64,000 nt of DNA, taken from Planktomarina sp. (lineage in GTDB: Bacteria; Pseudomonadota; Alphaproteobacteria; Rhodobacterales; Rhodobacteraceae). The notes beneath the pieces are model-generated. The model saw only the letters and a list, made by a program, of their open reading frames with translations, was not told where the DNA came from and did not search any database. Below, one piece after another: positions 9,284 through 19,865 of the stretch. The DNA lies in assembly GCA_028822275.1 (NCBI GenBank), contig JAPKEA010000001.1:3588-67587 (forward strand), written 5' to 3'. The position numbers and the translations under genes are program-made. Every line of letters starts with the position of its first letter. The first letter of the stretch is position 1.

Positions 9284-10858
9284 CTATTTTTGCGCAATGC
9301 GGCCGTCTAGGTATGGTGAATATCCACCCTGTGCTGCCATATAGTCCGCTAAAACAACTTCCAAGCCTGGTCCATAATCATACGCGTTCATACCAGCACG
9401 GAACATTTTGTAGCCATCACCACCGTTGCGAACATAGTTATTGGTCACTACCGAATATGTTGCTGAGGGATTAATCGGTACAAAACTGTCGCCAGTTGCG
9501 ACCATCACTTCAGTCACACGACCTTCATTCGGCGCAACGTTGGCATCCCAGGTAAATCGCAAGCCTGCGACCTGCGGGAAACGGCCTTTGACTTCTTCAA
9601 CTTGGCTCACACCATTTTCCAACGCATCAATGACGCCCTGTCCAGAAATTTCAAATGTGGCCAAAGTATTTTGAAATGGCAGCACCGTGAGCACTTCGCC
9701 CATCGTCACGTCACCGGCATCAATGCTGGCACGCAAACCGCCTGAGTTTGCAATAGCAATAGTAACGCCTTGATCAGCAACTCGATCAAGCATTGCATCA
9801 GCTACGAGATTACCCATTTCACATTCTTGGACTCGGCAAACCGCGCGATCACCTTCGATAACAGCGGACGCACTTGCTACGACTTGCTGGCGAATCTCCT
9901 GAAGAGGCACAGCCGCTTGAGCAATTCGGGCCTTAGTGTCGCCGTCTTCAACAACATTGGCATCCATAACCAAGGGCTCACCTTCCGCGCTCAGGATTTC
10001 TCCAGCATCGTCAAAAGTTACGTTTAGTTCACCCAAAAACTTACCGTAGGCATAAGCTTGTACAATCGCTGTATTTCCAACCATTGTTGGATAAGCACCC
10101 TCAGCGCGGTCGTTAGTATTTGACAGCAAAGTGTTTGAATGACCGCCAACAATAACATCAACACCCGTTGTGTTTGCCGCAACCACCTGATCCACTGCGT
10201 AACTCGAGTGGGACAGAACAATAATCTTGTTAATGCCCATTGCAGTCAATTTATTAACTTCGTCTTGAACCGCTATAGAGGGGTCCATAAAGGTCACATT
10301 TGGACCAGGACTTGCCAGCTCGTCTGTATCTTGAGGGGTCAAACCAATAAGACCAATTTTTTCACCACCCTGCTCAATGACGATTGATTTTTTAATCACA
10401 TCGCGAAGCAAGGCCTCACGACTAATATCTGCGTTTGTCATCAAAATTGGAAAATTTACCGAATCCGCAAATCCGCGCAAAACTTCTGGGCCATCATCAA
10501 ACTCATGGTTACCAACAGTCATCGCTGTGTAGCCCATGTTGTTCATCATTTCTGCGGCAAGCTTACCTTTGTAGTAAGTATAAAACAAAGTTCCCATGAA
10601 CTGATCGCCACCATCTACCAGGATTGAGTTGCCCGATCGGCCCCTCGCCTCTTTGACCGCAGTTACTAAACGGGCCGAGCCACCAAAACATTTACCTTCT
10701 GCATTGTCTTCGGCGCCACAAACACTGTCATACTTTGATACTGGTTCGAAACGGGCATGGAAGTCATTTGTATGTAGAATAGTGAGTGAATAATCTGCAG
10801 CGGCGGACGTGGCACTCAGTGCCAAGACTGCTGCAGTGGTTAAAAGATGCTTAAACAT
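9284..10858 (-). CDS. Periplasmic bifunctional metallophosphatase / 5'-nucleotidase (UshA-like)
   Basis: Signal peptide MFKHLLTTAAVLALSATSAAA; HTNDFH, DGGD, GNHEFD, GGHS, NSGGLR motifs. Confidence 0.92.
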   Translation of the reverse strand: MFKHLLTTAAVLALSATSAAADYSLTILHTNDFHARFEPVSKYDSVCGAEDNAEGKCFGGSARLVTAVKEARGRSGNSILVDGGDQFMGTLFYTYYKGKLAAEMMNNMGYTAMTVGNHEFDDGPEVLRGFADSVNFPILMTNADISREALLRDVIKKSIVIEQGGEKIGLIGLTPQDTDELASPGPNVTFMDPSIAVQDEVNKLTAMGINKIIVLSHSSYAVDQVVAANTTGVDVIVGGHSNTLLSNTNDRAEGAYPTMVGNTAIVQAYAYGKFLGELNVTFDDAGEILSAEGEPLVMDANVVEDGDTKARIAQAAVPLQEIRQQVVASASAVIEGDRAVCRVQECEMGNLVADAMLDRVADQGVTIAIANSGGLRASIDAGDVTMGEVLTVLPFQNTLATFEISGQGVIDALENGVSQVEEVKGRFPQVAGLRFTWDANVAPNEGRVTEVMVATGDSFVPINPSATYSVVTNNYVRNGGDGYKMFRAGMNAYDYGPGLEVVLADYMAAQGGYSPYLDGRIAQK

Positions 10859-10992
10859 AATTTTTCCCCAAAATTGCATACAATATTCGATCCACATTTG
10901 CTGATTCGAGTCGAGTCATTTCTAGTTTAAAAGGCATTTCAAACAGCAAGACGACGGTTGACGAAGCCGCTGCCACATTGCACAGCTACGGC

Positions 10993-11331
10993 ATGCTAAT
11001 TTATAAGATATTTCGCTCTGACGAATGGTCAGAATTACAAGCCAACAGCGAAACAGCTGGCGCACCAATTGATCTGGAAGATGGCTATATCCATTTCTCA
11101 ACGGCAACCCAGGCTCAAGAAACGGCGGACAAACACTTTGCTGGTGCTGAAAATCTGTTTGTAGCTGCAATAGAGTCAGACGCTATAGAAACTGATCTGA
11201 AGTGGGAAGTTTCACGCGGTGGCGCCAAATTCCCACATCTCTATGCTATGTTAAAATTATCCAGTGTTGCGTGGTGTGTCGCCCTCCCGCTTGTTGAAGG
11301 ACGCCACAAGTTCCCAGGTATAATGGTATGA
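10993..11331 (+). CDS. DUF952 family protein
   Basis: MLIYKIFR...DGYIHFST...[14 protein letters not shown]; ATGA overlap with pyrD. Confidence 0.85.
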   Translation: MLIYKIFRSDEWSELQANSETAGAPIDLEDGYIHFSTATQAQETADKHFAGAENLFVAAIESDAIETDLKWEVSRGGAKFPHLYAMLKLSSVAWCVALPLVEGRHKFPGIMV

Positions 11332-12389
11332 AGCTGACAGAACGTCTTGGCCTAAAGCTTCTACACCAGCTTGATCCCGAGCGTGCGCACAGCATTTCTG
11401 TGAAAGCCCTGTTAATGGGACTTGTCCCTTTGCATGGCAGCCCTGTGACAAGTTCACGTTTGCACACCAGCGTGGGCGGAATTAAGCTGCTCAATCCCAT
11501 AGGACTTGCCGCCGGGTATGATAAAAACGCTGAAGTTTTGGGTCCATTGTCCCGGGCAGGCTTTGGTTTCTTGGAAGTTGGCGCAGCAACACCACGGCCA
11601 CAATATGGAAATCCTAAACCCAGAATGTACCGTCTGGCCGAAGATAAGGCAGTAATCAATCGCTTTGGGTTCAACAACCAAGGCATAGACTTTATTGCCC
11701 ACCGTCTGGCCCAAAATCCAACTACTATTCCGCGTGGATTGAACTTAGGCGCCAATAAAGACAGCGATAATCGCGCAGATGATTTTGGCAGGGTTCTGAC
11801 TCAAGCTGCTCCTCACATTGACTTTGCCACCATAAACGTTTCATCGCCAAACACCGAAAAGCTCCGAGATCTACAAGGAAGGGCCGCACTAGAAGATCTT
11901 TTAGGGCGGGTAAATGCTGCAAATTCGAGGCTTTCAAATCCTATTCCAATCTTCCTTAAAATCGCACCTGATCTCACAGACAGTGAAGTTCAAGACATTG
12001 CTGATTTGGCACTCAAGGCAAAAATATCAGCAATCATCTGCACCAATACCACCGTGGATCGTAGCGGTTTAACCAGTGCGTACCGAGATCAAAAAGGTGG
12101 CCTGTCCGGGCGACCTTTGTTTGAAAGGTCAACACGGATTTTAGCAAAAATATCAGCTGCTACTGATCAAAAAATTGATATTATTGGCGTCGGAGGTATC
12201 AGCTCTGCAGAGGATGCCTATGCAAAAATTCAAGCTGGCGCATGCGCGGTGCAGATTTATTCAGCCATGGTTTATCAAGGCCTTTCCCTTATCCCAAAAA
12301 TTGCAAAAGGAATTGATGCAAGGCTAGCATCAGATGGGTTTGAAACTGTGCGACATGCGACCGGAACCAATACAAATTCTTGGTTATAA
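11328..12389 (+). CDS. pyrD: Quinone-dependent dihydroorotate dehydrogenase
   Basis: [33 protein letters not shown]. Confidence 0.96.
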   Translation: MKLTERLGLKLLHQLDPERAHSISVKALLMGLVPLHGSPVTSSRLHTSVGGIKLLNPIGLAAGYDKNAEVLGPLSRAGFGFLEVGAATPRPQYGNPKPRMYRLAEDKAVINRFGFNNQGIDFIAHRLAQNPTTIPRGLNLGANKDSDNRADDFGRVLTQAAPHIDFATINVSSPNTEKLRDLQGRAALEDLLGRVNAANSRLSNPIPIFLKIAPDLTDSEVQDIADLALKAKISAIICTNTTVDRSGLTSAYRDQKGGLSGRPLFERSTRILAKISAATDQKIDIIGVGGISSAEDAYAKIQAGACAVQIYSAMVYQGLSLIPKIAKGIDARLASDGFETVRHATGTNTNSWL

Positions 12390-12402
12390 AACTCACCTAA
12401 AT

Positions 12403-13719
12403 CTATGCAGCAGATCTCTCAAGCGCAGGGTATCTAACAGCTAGCGTTATGCCGCGCAGAACAAAAAATCCATTTATTGCCCACCATAACCCGTGGTTTC
12501 CAAAATTGGGCAACAATAAAACGATAAATCCGCAATAACCCAAAAAAGAAATAATCATCATATTTCGCATATCGCGCGTACGTGTGGCGCCGATGAAGAC
12601 GCCATCAAGCATCCATGCTGTAGCTCCCAACAGGGGCACCATGGCGACATAGGGTAAATATAGTCGCGCAGCCATTTGCACATCAAGCTCTTTCGTCATG
12701 ATATCAATTATTACAGGGCCCATAGTCCAGAAGACCAGCGCCAAAACAATGCTGGTGCCAAAGACCCAAACTGCGGTAAAACAAGCACCACGCCGTAATT
12801 GTACAGTGGCGCGTGCTCCTATCGCTTGGCCTACCAAAGTCTCAGCTGCAAACACAAATCCATCCATCGCATGAGAAGCTAAGTAGACAAATTGCAGCAA
12901 TACTTGATTGGCAGCCAAGGTGATATCTCCAAGGTCTGCTCCAAAAAATAGGAAACTGACGAACCCAACTTGTAATAAGGCGGACCGAACCAAGATATCA
13001 CCATTTACCTTAGCCATACGCTTCAACAGGGGCTTATCCAAAATTTGGTGCCACAATGCAGATGACACCTGTGAAACTGCTCGCCGACACAGGAATAAAC
13101 CCAACAGCAAGCCCACCCACTCCGCAATAAACGTCGCGATAGCAACACCTTGAACACCCAAGTCGAGACCCAGCACAAACCAAAGGTCGAGTAGAATATT
13201 GCTAAGGTTCATCAAAAGTTGAACGCATAGCACCGCACCGGTACGCTCCTGCGCAATGAGCCATCCCGTTATCCCGTAAATTCCAATTGCTGCTGGTGCA
13301 GACCATACCCGGATAGACATATACTCTCTTGCGAGCGTTTCCACCTCTGACGAGGCTGGCGATATCCAAAACGCCGCCAAAAACAATGGCCATTGAAGCA
13401 AAATGAAAGCAAGTCCTGCAATGAGCCCAATGCCTGTTGCTCGAAAAAATAACGCGGTGACTTCGATATGATTGCCAGCGCCGAGCGCTTGGCTTGTTAA
13501 GCCAACTGTCCCCATACGAAGGAAGCCAAAAATCCAATATAGGGCTGTCAAAATGATAGCACCAATACCCACAGCACCTATAGGGGCAGCCATACCTATC
13601 TGTCCTATGACACCTGTATCAACAGCTCCCAAAAGTGGGACAGTCGCATTCGATATAACGATAGGGAGTGCTATCTTCAGTACCCGCTTGTGGGTTATTC
13701 CTAAATTATCTTTAGCCAT
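12403..13719 (-). CDS. MATE efflux transporter (DinF-like)
   Basis: IALPIVISNATVPLLGAVDT, FLRMGT, DGVFIGATRT; multi-TM pattern. Confidence 0.9.
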   Translation of the reverse strand: MAKDNLGITHKRVLKIALPIVISNATVPLLGAVDTGVIGQIGMAAPIGAVGIGAIILTALYWIFGFLRMGTVGLTSQALGAGNHIEVTALFFRATGIGLIAGLAFILLQWPLFLAAFWISPASSEVETLAREYMSIRVWSAPAAIGIYGITGWLIAQERTGAVLCVQLLMNLSNILLDLWFVLGLDLGVQGVAIATFIAEWVGLLLGLFLCRRAVSQVSSALWHQILDKPLLKRMAKVNGDILVRSALLQVGFVSFLFFGADLGDITLAANQVLLQFVYLASHAMDGFVFAAETLVGQAIGARATVQLRRGACFTAVWVFGTSIVLALVFWTMGPVIIDIMTKELDVQMAARLYLPYVAMVPLLGATAWMLDGVFIGATRTRDMRNMMIISFLGYCGFIVLLLPNFGNHGLWWAINGFFVLRGITLAVRYPALERSAA

Positions 13720-14212
13720 CGCGTTGTGGCATCAAAAAGTGACCTGTAGCCTGAGCAAAAAGACGACTTCGGTTGTCTTGCCAGCCCTCGACATGCACCG
13801 AGGCGTAACGTCGTCCTGAGCGGTTCACTCGTGCACGGGCATAGGCGTCACGCGGGAGGCCAGAGCGGAGATAATCAACCGTGAGGTCTATTGTTTTAGG
13901 CAGGGCTAACTTACCGTTCTGAACCGCGGATATATTTAAGCGCTCTTCTTCAATATCCGTCCACAGAGAAGCCCAAGCAAGTCCAACAATCGCCGTTACT
14001 TCCAGAAATGCCGCCGTGGCCCCTCCATGTAAAGCTGGCAACATTGGATTACCGATCAAGTCGTCATGAAATGCCATCGTAGAGGTCAGCTCATCCCCAT
14101 GGCGGTCAAAACTTACTCCAAGGAATGTAATGTATGGAACCTGACTTACAATTAAGCTCAACGCCAAATCTCGGCGGCGTTTAACTTGGGTTACGGGTTC
14201 TGGCTGTTTCAT
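13712..14212 (-). CDS. PaaI family thioesterase
   Basis: GNPMLPALHGGA, TIDLTVDYLR; start at MKQPEP (ATGA overlap with upstream gene). Confidence 0.85.
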   Translation of the reverse strand: MKQPEPVTQVKRRRDLALSLIVSQVPYITFLGVSFDRHGDELTSTMAFHDDLIGNPMLPALHGGATAAFLEVTAIVGLAWASLWTDIEEERLNISAVQNGKLALPKTIDLTVDYLRSGLPRDAYARARVNRSGRRYASVHVEGWQDNRSRLFAQATGHFLMPQRDG

Positions 14213-14637
14213 TTTGGCGCCTGCATTACTGTAAACGCGCCAGTGGCGGTTGCGACAGGTCTTTTGGTGTCTGCGTCGCAAGCAGTCGCACGAATAAAGG
14301 CTACTGTTCGGGTTACATGGTAGCATTCAGCCGTCGCGGTAATCACCTGTCCTGGCGTTGCTGGACGCATGTAGTCAATTCGAAAATCAAGTGTAGCCGT
14401 TCCCACTCCAGCATTCGGATGGGATACAACTGCTGCCCCCCCAGCTGTATCCATGAGCGCAGAAACAGCGCCACCGTGAATTACTTTGGTAACTGGGTCG
14501 CCAATCAGAGAAACATCGTAAGGCATAGAGATAACCGCGCGGCCGTCTCCAAGTTCTTCAACCACCATTCCCAGTTTGCGAGAATGTGGAATAGCTTCAA
14601 TAAATTTCAACGCAGCGTCAAGAATATTTTCTTCCAT
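14209..14637 (-). CDS. PaaI family thioesterase
   Basis: GDPVTKVIHGGAVSALMD, TLDFRIDYMRPA. Confidence 0.88.
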   Translation of the reverse strand: MEENILDAALKFIEAIPHSRKLGMVVEELGDGRAVISMPYDVSLIGDPVTKVIHGGAVSALMDTAGGAAVVSHPNAGVGTATLDFRIDYMRPATPGQVITATAECYHVTRTVAFIRATACDADTKRPVATATGAFTVMQAPK

Positions 14638-14984
14638 ACTCTCGTTTATTAAGCCGATAGCACTGGATGCCAAGCAGTTTATTTGCTCCTTCGAATTATT
14701 CTCAATTCAAATAGAAACTATTTAAAAACGCAGCCACTAAAAGCCAGACTTTTGTTGTAGCCAACATACTTAGTCCATTTCGCACCCGTAGGCGCAGTGC
14801 CCTGTATCTCAAATTACTTCTAGCAGTCACCCTGAACCCTCTTGCTGCTGTAGTTGCTAAAGCTATTTGGCGGTCCCCATTTTGATAGTGGCGTATGGAT
14901 TTTAACTTCTCACTCCTTGATTTATGAACTGACGGGTTGACGGCTTGCGTGAGATACATAATCTGCTCGTTACGAGGGGGCGTT

Positions 14985-15353
14985 ATGGAAACGGAACAAA
15001 TAACATTTAAAACTATGTGCGCTCAGTTTGACGTGACCCCGAGAACTTTGCGCTACTACGAATACATCGAGCTGTTGCAACCCGAACGCAGAGGGCGTTC
15101 GCGTTTCTATGGGCCCAGAGAAATTGCCAGAATGACATTGATCCTGCGTGGCCGTCGTTTTGGTTTTAGTCTTGAGGAGTTACGCCAATGGCTTTCACTC
15201 TACGAAGAGGAAGGTAATACCGCGCAAATGCAAGCGTGGGTCCCCATCGCAGAGGAAAAACTAAACCTGCTAGAAAAGCAAAAGGCAGAAGTCACTGAGG
15301 CAATTGAGGACCTAAGACAAATGATTGGTTCAGTTTCTGCCGAACTCCCGTAA
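14985..15353 (+). CDS. MerR family regulator (LiuR-like)
   Basis: [29 protein letters not shown]; GAGGGGG RBS. Confidence 0.9.
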   Translation: METEQITFKTMCAQFDVTPRTLRYYEYIELLQPERRGRSRFYGPREIARMTLILRGRRFGFSLEELRQWLSLYEEEGNTAQMQAWVPIAEEKLNLLEKQKAEVTEAIEDLRQMIGSVSAELP

Positions 15354-15490
15354 CTCATCCTCCAAAGACTTATTTTGCAAAGCTTATTTTAGTCAAAAAT
15401 CTATTTTTGGCCTCTTTCCTCCCTTTTACAGACTATTTTTGATGAACTAGGTGACGCCAGGTTAAAGCTTAGGATGACGTTGGGTTACAC

Positions 15491-15504
15491 TTACGTTAAC
15501 GTAA
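15491..15504. promoter_or_regulatory. LiuR-type operator palindrome TTACGTTAACGTAA
   Basis: Perfect 14-bp palindrome upstream of the second MerR gene and the beta-oxidation genes; matches the TTACGT-NN-ACGTAA LiuR motif as I recall it. Confidence 0.75.
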
Positions 15505-15561
15505 AGTGGGCGTTAATGATGAACACAACCTAAAGTCTGGTTAGTGTTGGAAGGGCAGCCC

Positions 15562-15975
15562 GTGGCTGAAAACAGTAAATTAATCCGAGAAATGTGTGAT
15601 GAATTTAGTGTAACTCCAAGAACGTTACGGTTTTATGAAGCGAAAGAATTGTTGTTTCCCCTTCGTGAGGGAACACGCCGAATGTTTACCAAACGTGATT
15701 CTGCACGCCTCAAGCTCATTCTGCAAGGGAAACGGTTTGGATTTAGCCTCGAAGAAATACGCCAATTACTTAATATGTATGACATCGACGATCAACAAGC
15801 TACGCAATGGAAAGAAACTTATCGCATCGGCAATGAACGGCTAGCCGACATGAAAAAGCAGAGTGAAGAGCTTACGGAAGCAATTAAAGACTTAAAAGTC
15901 CAACTCGCACGGGGTCAGACACTGATTGAAAAAGCTTCAAAAAATAACCAAAAAAATAAAATACATCTCAATTAA
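15562..15975 (+). CDS. MerR family regulator (LiuR-like)
   Basis: [29 protein letters not shown]; start uncertain (GTG 15562 after GGAAGGG, or 15544). Confidence 0.88.
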   Translation: MAENSKLIREMCDEFSVTPRTLRFYEAKELLFPLREGTRRMFTKRDSARLKLILQGKRFGFSLEEIRQLLNMYDIDDQQATQWKETYRIGNERLADMKKQSEELTEAIKDLKVQLARGQTLIEKASKNNQKNKIHLN

Positions 15976-15992
15976 GCCTAAAGGAAAGTTCC

Positions 15993-17759
15993 ATGACATC
16001 CTATATCGCCCCAACCAAAGATCAACAATTTCTATTGCAAGAAGTTCTTAAGGTCAGCGCTTCAGATATTCCCGGCTATGCAGAATTAGATCCCGATTTT
16101 ACGGCCGCAGTTCTTGGCGAATCTGGTCGTTTAGCGTCAGAAGTTATGGCACCTTTGAATGCTGTCGGCGACAAAGAAGGTTGTTCCCTTGAAAATGGCG
16201 TCGTGCGCACGCCAACAGGTTTCAAAAAAGCGTTTGACCAACTAAAAGAAGGGGGTTGGGCAGGAGTGGACATGCCTGAACAATATGGTGGTCAAAATAT
16301 GCCTGCTGTGATGGGATCTGCTGTGAATGAACATTTTCTTGCAGCAAACCAAGCACTGTCCATGTATCATGGACTAACACATGGCGCTGCATCAGCAATT
16401 TTAGCCCACGGAACCGAAGCTCAGAAAGATACCTATCTACCCAATTTGGTCTCCTGCGAATGGACAGGAACCATGAACTTGACCGAACCACATTGTGGAA
16501 CTGATCTAGGTCTCATGCGGACAAAAGCCGAAGTAAACAAAAATGGCAGCTTTGCAGTAACTGGTCAAAAAATTTTCATATCATCTGGTGAGCATGATAT
16601 GGCCGAAAATATTATCCATCTCGTTTTGGCAAAAATTCCGGGCGGACCTGATGGGATAAAAGGGGTTACACTCTTCATTGTTCCTAAGTTTCTTGTAAAT
16701 GAAGATGGTAGCCTTGGGGTACGTAATAATCTGAGCTGTGGTGCAATTGAAGAAAAAATGGGCATCCACGGCAATTCCACATGTGTGATGAATTATGACG
16801 GGGCCACGGGTTATGTTCTGGGTGAAACTCACAAAGGTATGCGGGCTATGTTTACTATGATGAATGAGGCCCGGCTGGGAGTCGGCATGCAAGGTTTGGG
16901 GCAAGCCAGCATTGCTTATCAAAATGCCGTTATTTACGCCAAAGACCGGCTTCAAGGGCGTGATGTCACAGGCATTAAGAACCCTGACGGTCCAGCTGAT
17001 CCACTGATTGTTCACCCAGATATCCGTCGCAGCCTGATGGATCAGAAAAGTTTTATCGAGGGCGCGCGTGCATTTATTCTTTGGGGGTCATCTCTTTTTG
17101 ACCAATCTCAACGCCAAGGCGATACCAACGCCGACGGCCTTCTGTCTCTGCTGACACCCGTGGTTAAAGGCTTTCTCACAGATCAAGGTTACGCAATGAC
17201 CGTTCAGGCCCAGCAAGTTTACGGGGGCCACGGTTATATTGAGGAATGGGGCATGTCACAGTTTACCCGTGATGCCCGTATTGCTATGATTTATGAGGGT
17301 GCAAACGGTGTGCAGGCGCTTGATTTGGTAGGCCGGAAGTTAGGCCAAGATGGTGGTAAACATGCCATTGCATTCTTTGAAATTGTGAAAGACTTCTGCA
17401 AAAATAATCCAGAATTACCCGAATTTGTCGAACCGTTAAAGCAAGCATCTAAAGATCTTCAGGCAGCAATGATGTATTTTATGCAAAATGGCATAAAGGA
17501 TCCCAACAATGCTTTAGCGGGCTCCAACGATTTCATGCATATGTTTGGTCATGTCTGTCTAGGATTAATGTGGGCACAAATGGCAAAAGCAGCGCAATCT
17601 GCGCTAGATAACGGCACTGCAGATACTGAATTTTATGAGACAAAACTAGGTACGGGACGTTATTACATGGCGCGCCAACTCCCTGCTACAGGTTTGCATC
17701 TGGCTAGAATAACATCTGGCGCTAAAAGTGTTATGGAATTAGATGCGTCTGCTTTTTAA
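15993..17759 (+). CDS. Acyl-CoA dehydrogenase (DmdC/FadE5-like)
   Basis: [48 protein letters not shown]. Confidence 0.92.
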   Translation: MTSYIAPTKDQQFLLQEVLKVSASDIPGYAELDPDFTAAVLGESGRLASEVMAPLNAVGDKEGCSLENGVVRTPTGFKKAFDQLKEGGWAGVDMPEQYGGQNMPAVMGSAVNEHFLAANQALSMYHGLTHGAASAILAHGTEAQKDTYLPNLVSCEWTGTMNLTEPHCGTDLGLMRTKAEVNKNGSFAVTGQKIFISSGEHDMAENIIHLVLAKIPGGPDGIKGVTLFIVPKFLVNEDGSLGVRNNLSCGAIEEKMGIHGNSTCVMNYDGATGYVLGETHKGMRAMFTMMNEARLGVGMQGLGQASIAYQNAVIYAKDRLQGRDVTGIKNPDGPADPLIVHPDIRRSLMDQKSFIEGARAFILWGSSLFDQSQRQGDTNADGLLSLLTPVVKGFLTDQGYAMTVQAQQVYGGHGYIEEWGMSQFTRDARIAMIYEGANGVQALDLVGRKLGQDGGKHAIAFFEIVKDFCKNNPELPEFVEPLKQASKDLQAAMMYFMQNGIKDPNNALAGSNDFMHMFGHVCLGLMWAQMAKAAQSALDNGTADTEFYETKLGTGRYYMARQLPATGLHLARITSGAKSVMELDASAF

Positions 17760-17858
17760 TTATACAACACTTCCACCAATATAAACGTTACATAAGCGAG
17801 GCTAATATCACTAAACACCAAAATCCTTAATCAAGTAGAGAATTTTTAGGAGATAATT

Positions 17859-18491
17859 ATGACTGTCCAGCTGCATTGCTTTGGAGAGAGTGGTAACGCC
17901 TACAAGGCGGCGCTGACATTAGAACTTACAGGGATCAATTGGGCGCCTGTATTTGTTGATTTCTTTGGTGGACAAATGCGCAGCGATGCATACCGTGAGC
18001 TGAATATAATGGCTGAAGCCCCTTTATTAATCGATGGAGATTTCAAACTGTCTCAATCAGGAGCAATTCAACAATGGGCGGTAGATCAAAGCGGCAGATT
18101 AGGTGGTGTGCTTGAAGATAAATATGAAGTTCTCCGCTGGATTCTTTTTGATAATCACAAAATGTCATCCCAAGCAGGTATTACCCGCTTTTTGCTGAAT
18201 TTTCTGCCTGAAGACAAGCGCCCTCACGAGGCTATTAAATTCGTGCAGAGCCGGATGATCGGTGCGCTTAAGACGCTTAACACACATCTTGAGGGCCGCA
18301 CATGGCTTGTTGGCAAGGACATGACAATCGCTGATATAGCAAACTGCGGATATCTATTTTACACAGAACCCTATGGATTTGTGCGGACTGACTGGCCCCA
18401 TATAGATGGATGGCTGAAACAGATTGAGACAACACCTGGTTGGAAACACCCGTATGATTTGATGCCCGGCAACCCTTCTGATCGCGTTTAA
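17859..18491 (+). CDS. Glutathione S-transferase family protein
   Basis: ESGNAYK, EAPLLIDG, SQSGAI, TIADI. Confidence 0.9.
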   Translation: MTVQLHCFGESGNAYKAALTLELTGINWAPVFVDFFGGQMRSDAYRELNIMAEAPLLIDGDFKLSQSGAIQQWAVDQSGRLGGVLEDKYEVLRWILFDNHKMSSQAGITRFLLNFLPEDKRPHEAIKFVQSRMIGALKTLNTHLEGRTWLVGKDMTIADIANCGYLFYTEPYGFVRTDWPHIDGWLKQIETTPGWKHPYDLMPGNPSDRV

Positions 18492-18502
18492 AGGAAAAGA
18501 AA

Positions 18503-19714
18503 ATGACCGAAGCCTATATTTATGATGCAATACGTACCCCTCGGGGCAAGGGCCGTAAAGACGGCAGTCTGCATGAGGTCACAGCATCTCGCCTGTCTGC
18601 AGTGGTTTTAAATGCTTTAAAGCAACGTAATGGGCTTGAAGGCCATGCTGTTGAAGATGTTATTTGGGGCAATGCTACCCAAGTCATGGAGCAAGGTGGA
18701 TGCCTTGCCCGAACCGCAGTCTTGGCGTCTGAATTGGATCAGAGCATTCCAGGGCTTTCAATTAACCGTTTTTGCGCAAGCGGCATGGAAGCCGTCAATC
18801 TAGCTGCTAATCAAATCAAAGGTGGGGCCGGTGCTGCTTACATCGCTGGCGGAGTTGAAATGATGAGCCGGATTGCGATGGGCAGCGATGGCGCAGCCAT
18901 TGCCGTCGATCCGTCCTTGACAATGGAGCACTACTTTGTGCCTCAAGGTATTTCTGCAGACATCATTGCCACCGAGTATGGCTTCTCACGTGATGATGCG
19001 GATATGTTAGCAGTTGAAAGTCAAAAGCGTGCAGCCGCTGCATGGACAGACAAGCGCTTTAACGGTTCAGTTGTAGCAGTGCGCGATATCAATGGATTGC
19101 CAATTTTAGAGCGAGACGAATATCTGCGTCCTGGCACAGACATGCAATCACTCGGTGGGCTGAAGCCTGCTTTTAAAGACATGGGTGAGAGCATGCCTGG
19201 TTTCGATAAAATTGCTCTAATGAAATATCCACACCTTGAGCACATCAACCACATCCACCACGCAGGAAACTCCTCCGGAATCGTTGACGGCGCGGCAGGT
19301 GTTTTAATTGGATCCAAAGAATATGGTCAGGCTAATGGGATCAAACCAAGGGCAATCATTCGCTCAACTGCAAAAATTGGGACGGATCCCACTATCATGC
19401 TAACAGGCCCAGTCCCAGTAACTGAAAAAATTCTTGCCGAGAGCGGTATGTCCATTGACGATATTGATTTGTTTGAGGTCAACGAGGCTTTTGCATCCGT
19501 TGTGCTTCGCTTCATGCAGGCCTTCAGTGTGGATGAAAGCAGAGTAAACGTTAACGGTGGCTCTATAGCTATGGGTCACCCTTTGGGCGCTACGGGCGCG
19601 ATTATAATCGGAACCTTGCTCGATGAGTTAGAACGCAGTGGCAAAGGCACCGGACTTGCTACGCTTTGTGTTGCGTCAGGGATGGGTGCAGCAACCATTA
19701 TCGAGCGTGTTTGA
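18503..19714 (+). CDS. Acetyl-CoA C-acyltransferase (thiolase)
   Basis: NRFCASG, NEAF, GHPLGATG, LCVASGMG. Confidence 0.95.
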   Translation: MTEAYIYDAIRTPRGKGRKDGSLHEVTASRLSAVVLNALKQRNGLEGHAVEDVIWGNATQVMEQGGCLARTAVLASELDQSIPGLSINRFCASGMEAVNLAANQIKGGAGAAYIAGGVEMMSRIAMGSDGAAIAVDPSLTMEHYFVPQGISADIIATEYGFSRDDADMLAVESQKRAAAAWTDKRFNGSVVAVRDINGLPILERDEYLRPGTDMQSLGGLKPAFKDMGESMPGFDKIALMKYPHLEHINHIHHAGNSSGIVDGAAGVLIGSKEYGQANGIKPRAIIRSTAKIGTDPTIMLTGPVPVTEKILAESGMSIDDIDLFEVNEAFASVVLRFMQAFSVDESRVNVNGGSIAMGHPLGATGAIIIGTLLDELERSGKGTGLATLCVASGMGAATIIERV

Positions 19715-19865
19715 AGCTGTGCTTAAGGGACTAAGGATTTGGACTATGATTTGCTCCTGGCGGGTTAATCCACGTAGGGGAAACTCCTCTCCTTAATTAT
19801 GCTATAAATGCTTTGGGCCACTTTGTTAAGGTAGCTCGGCCAGACCCAATATGAAGGGATATCAG

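Noticed and set aside
14640-14984. 345-bp intergenic region and 85-aa ORF 14702-14959
   Set aside because: No recognisable protein motif, RBS or RNA structure; cannot support a CDS, pseudogene or ncRNA call.
19715-19865. Possible decayed cupin gene between thiolase and fadJ (frame reading YDLLLAG*ST*G)
   Set aside because: Resemblance too short and weak to support without an alignment.
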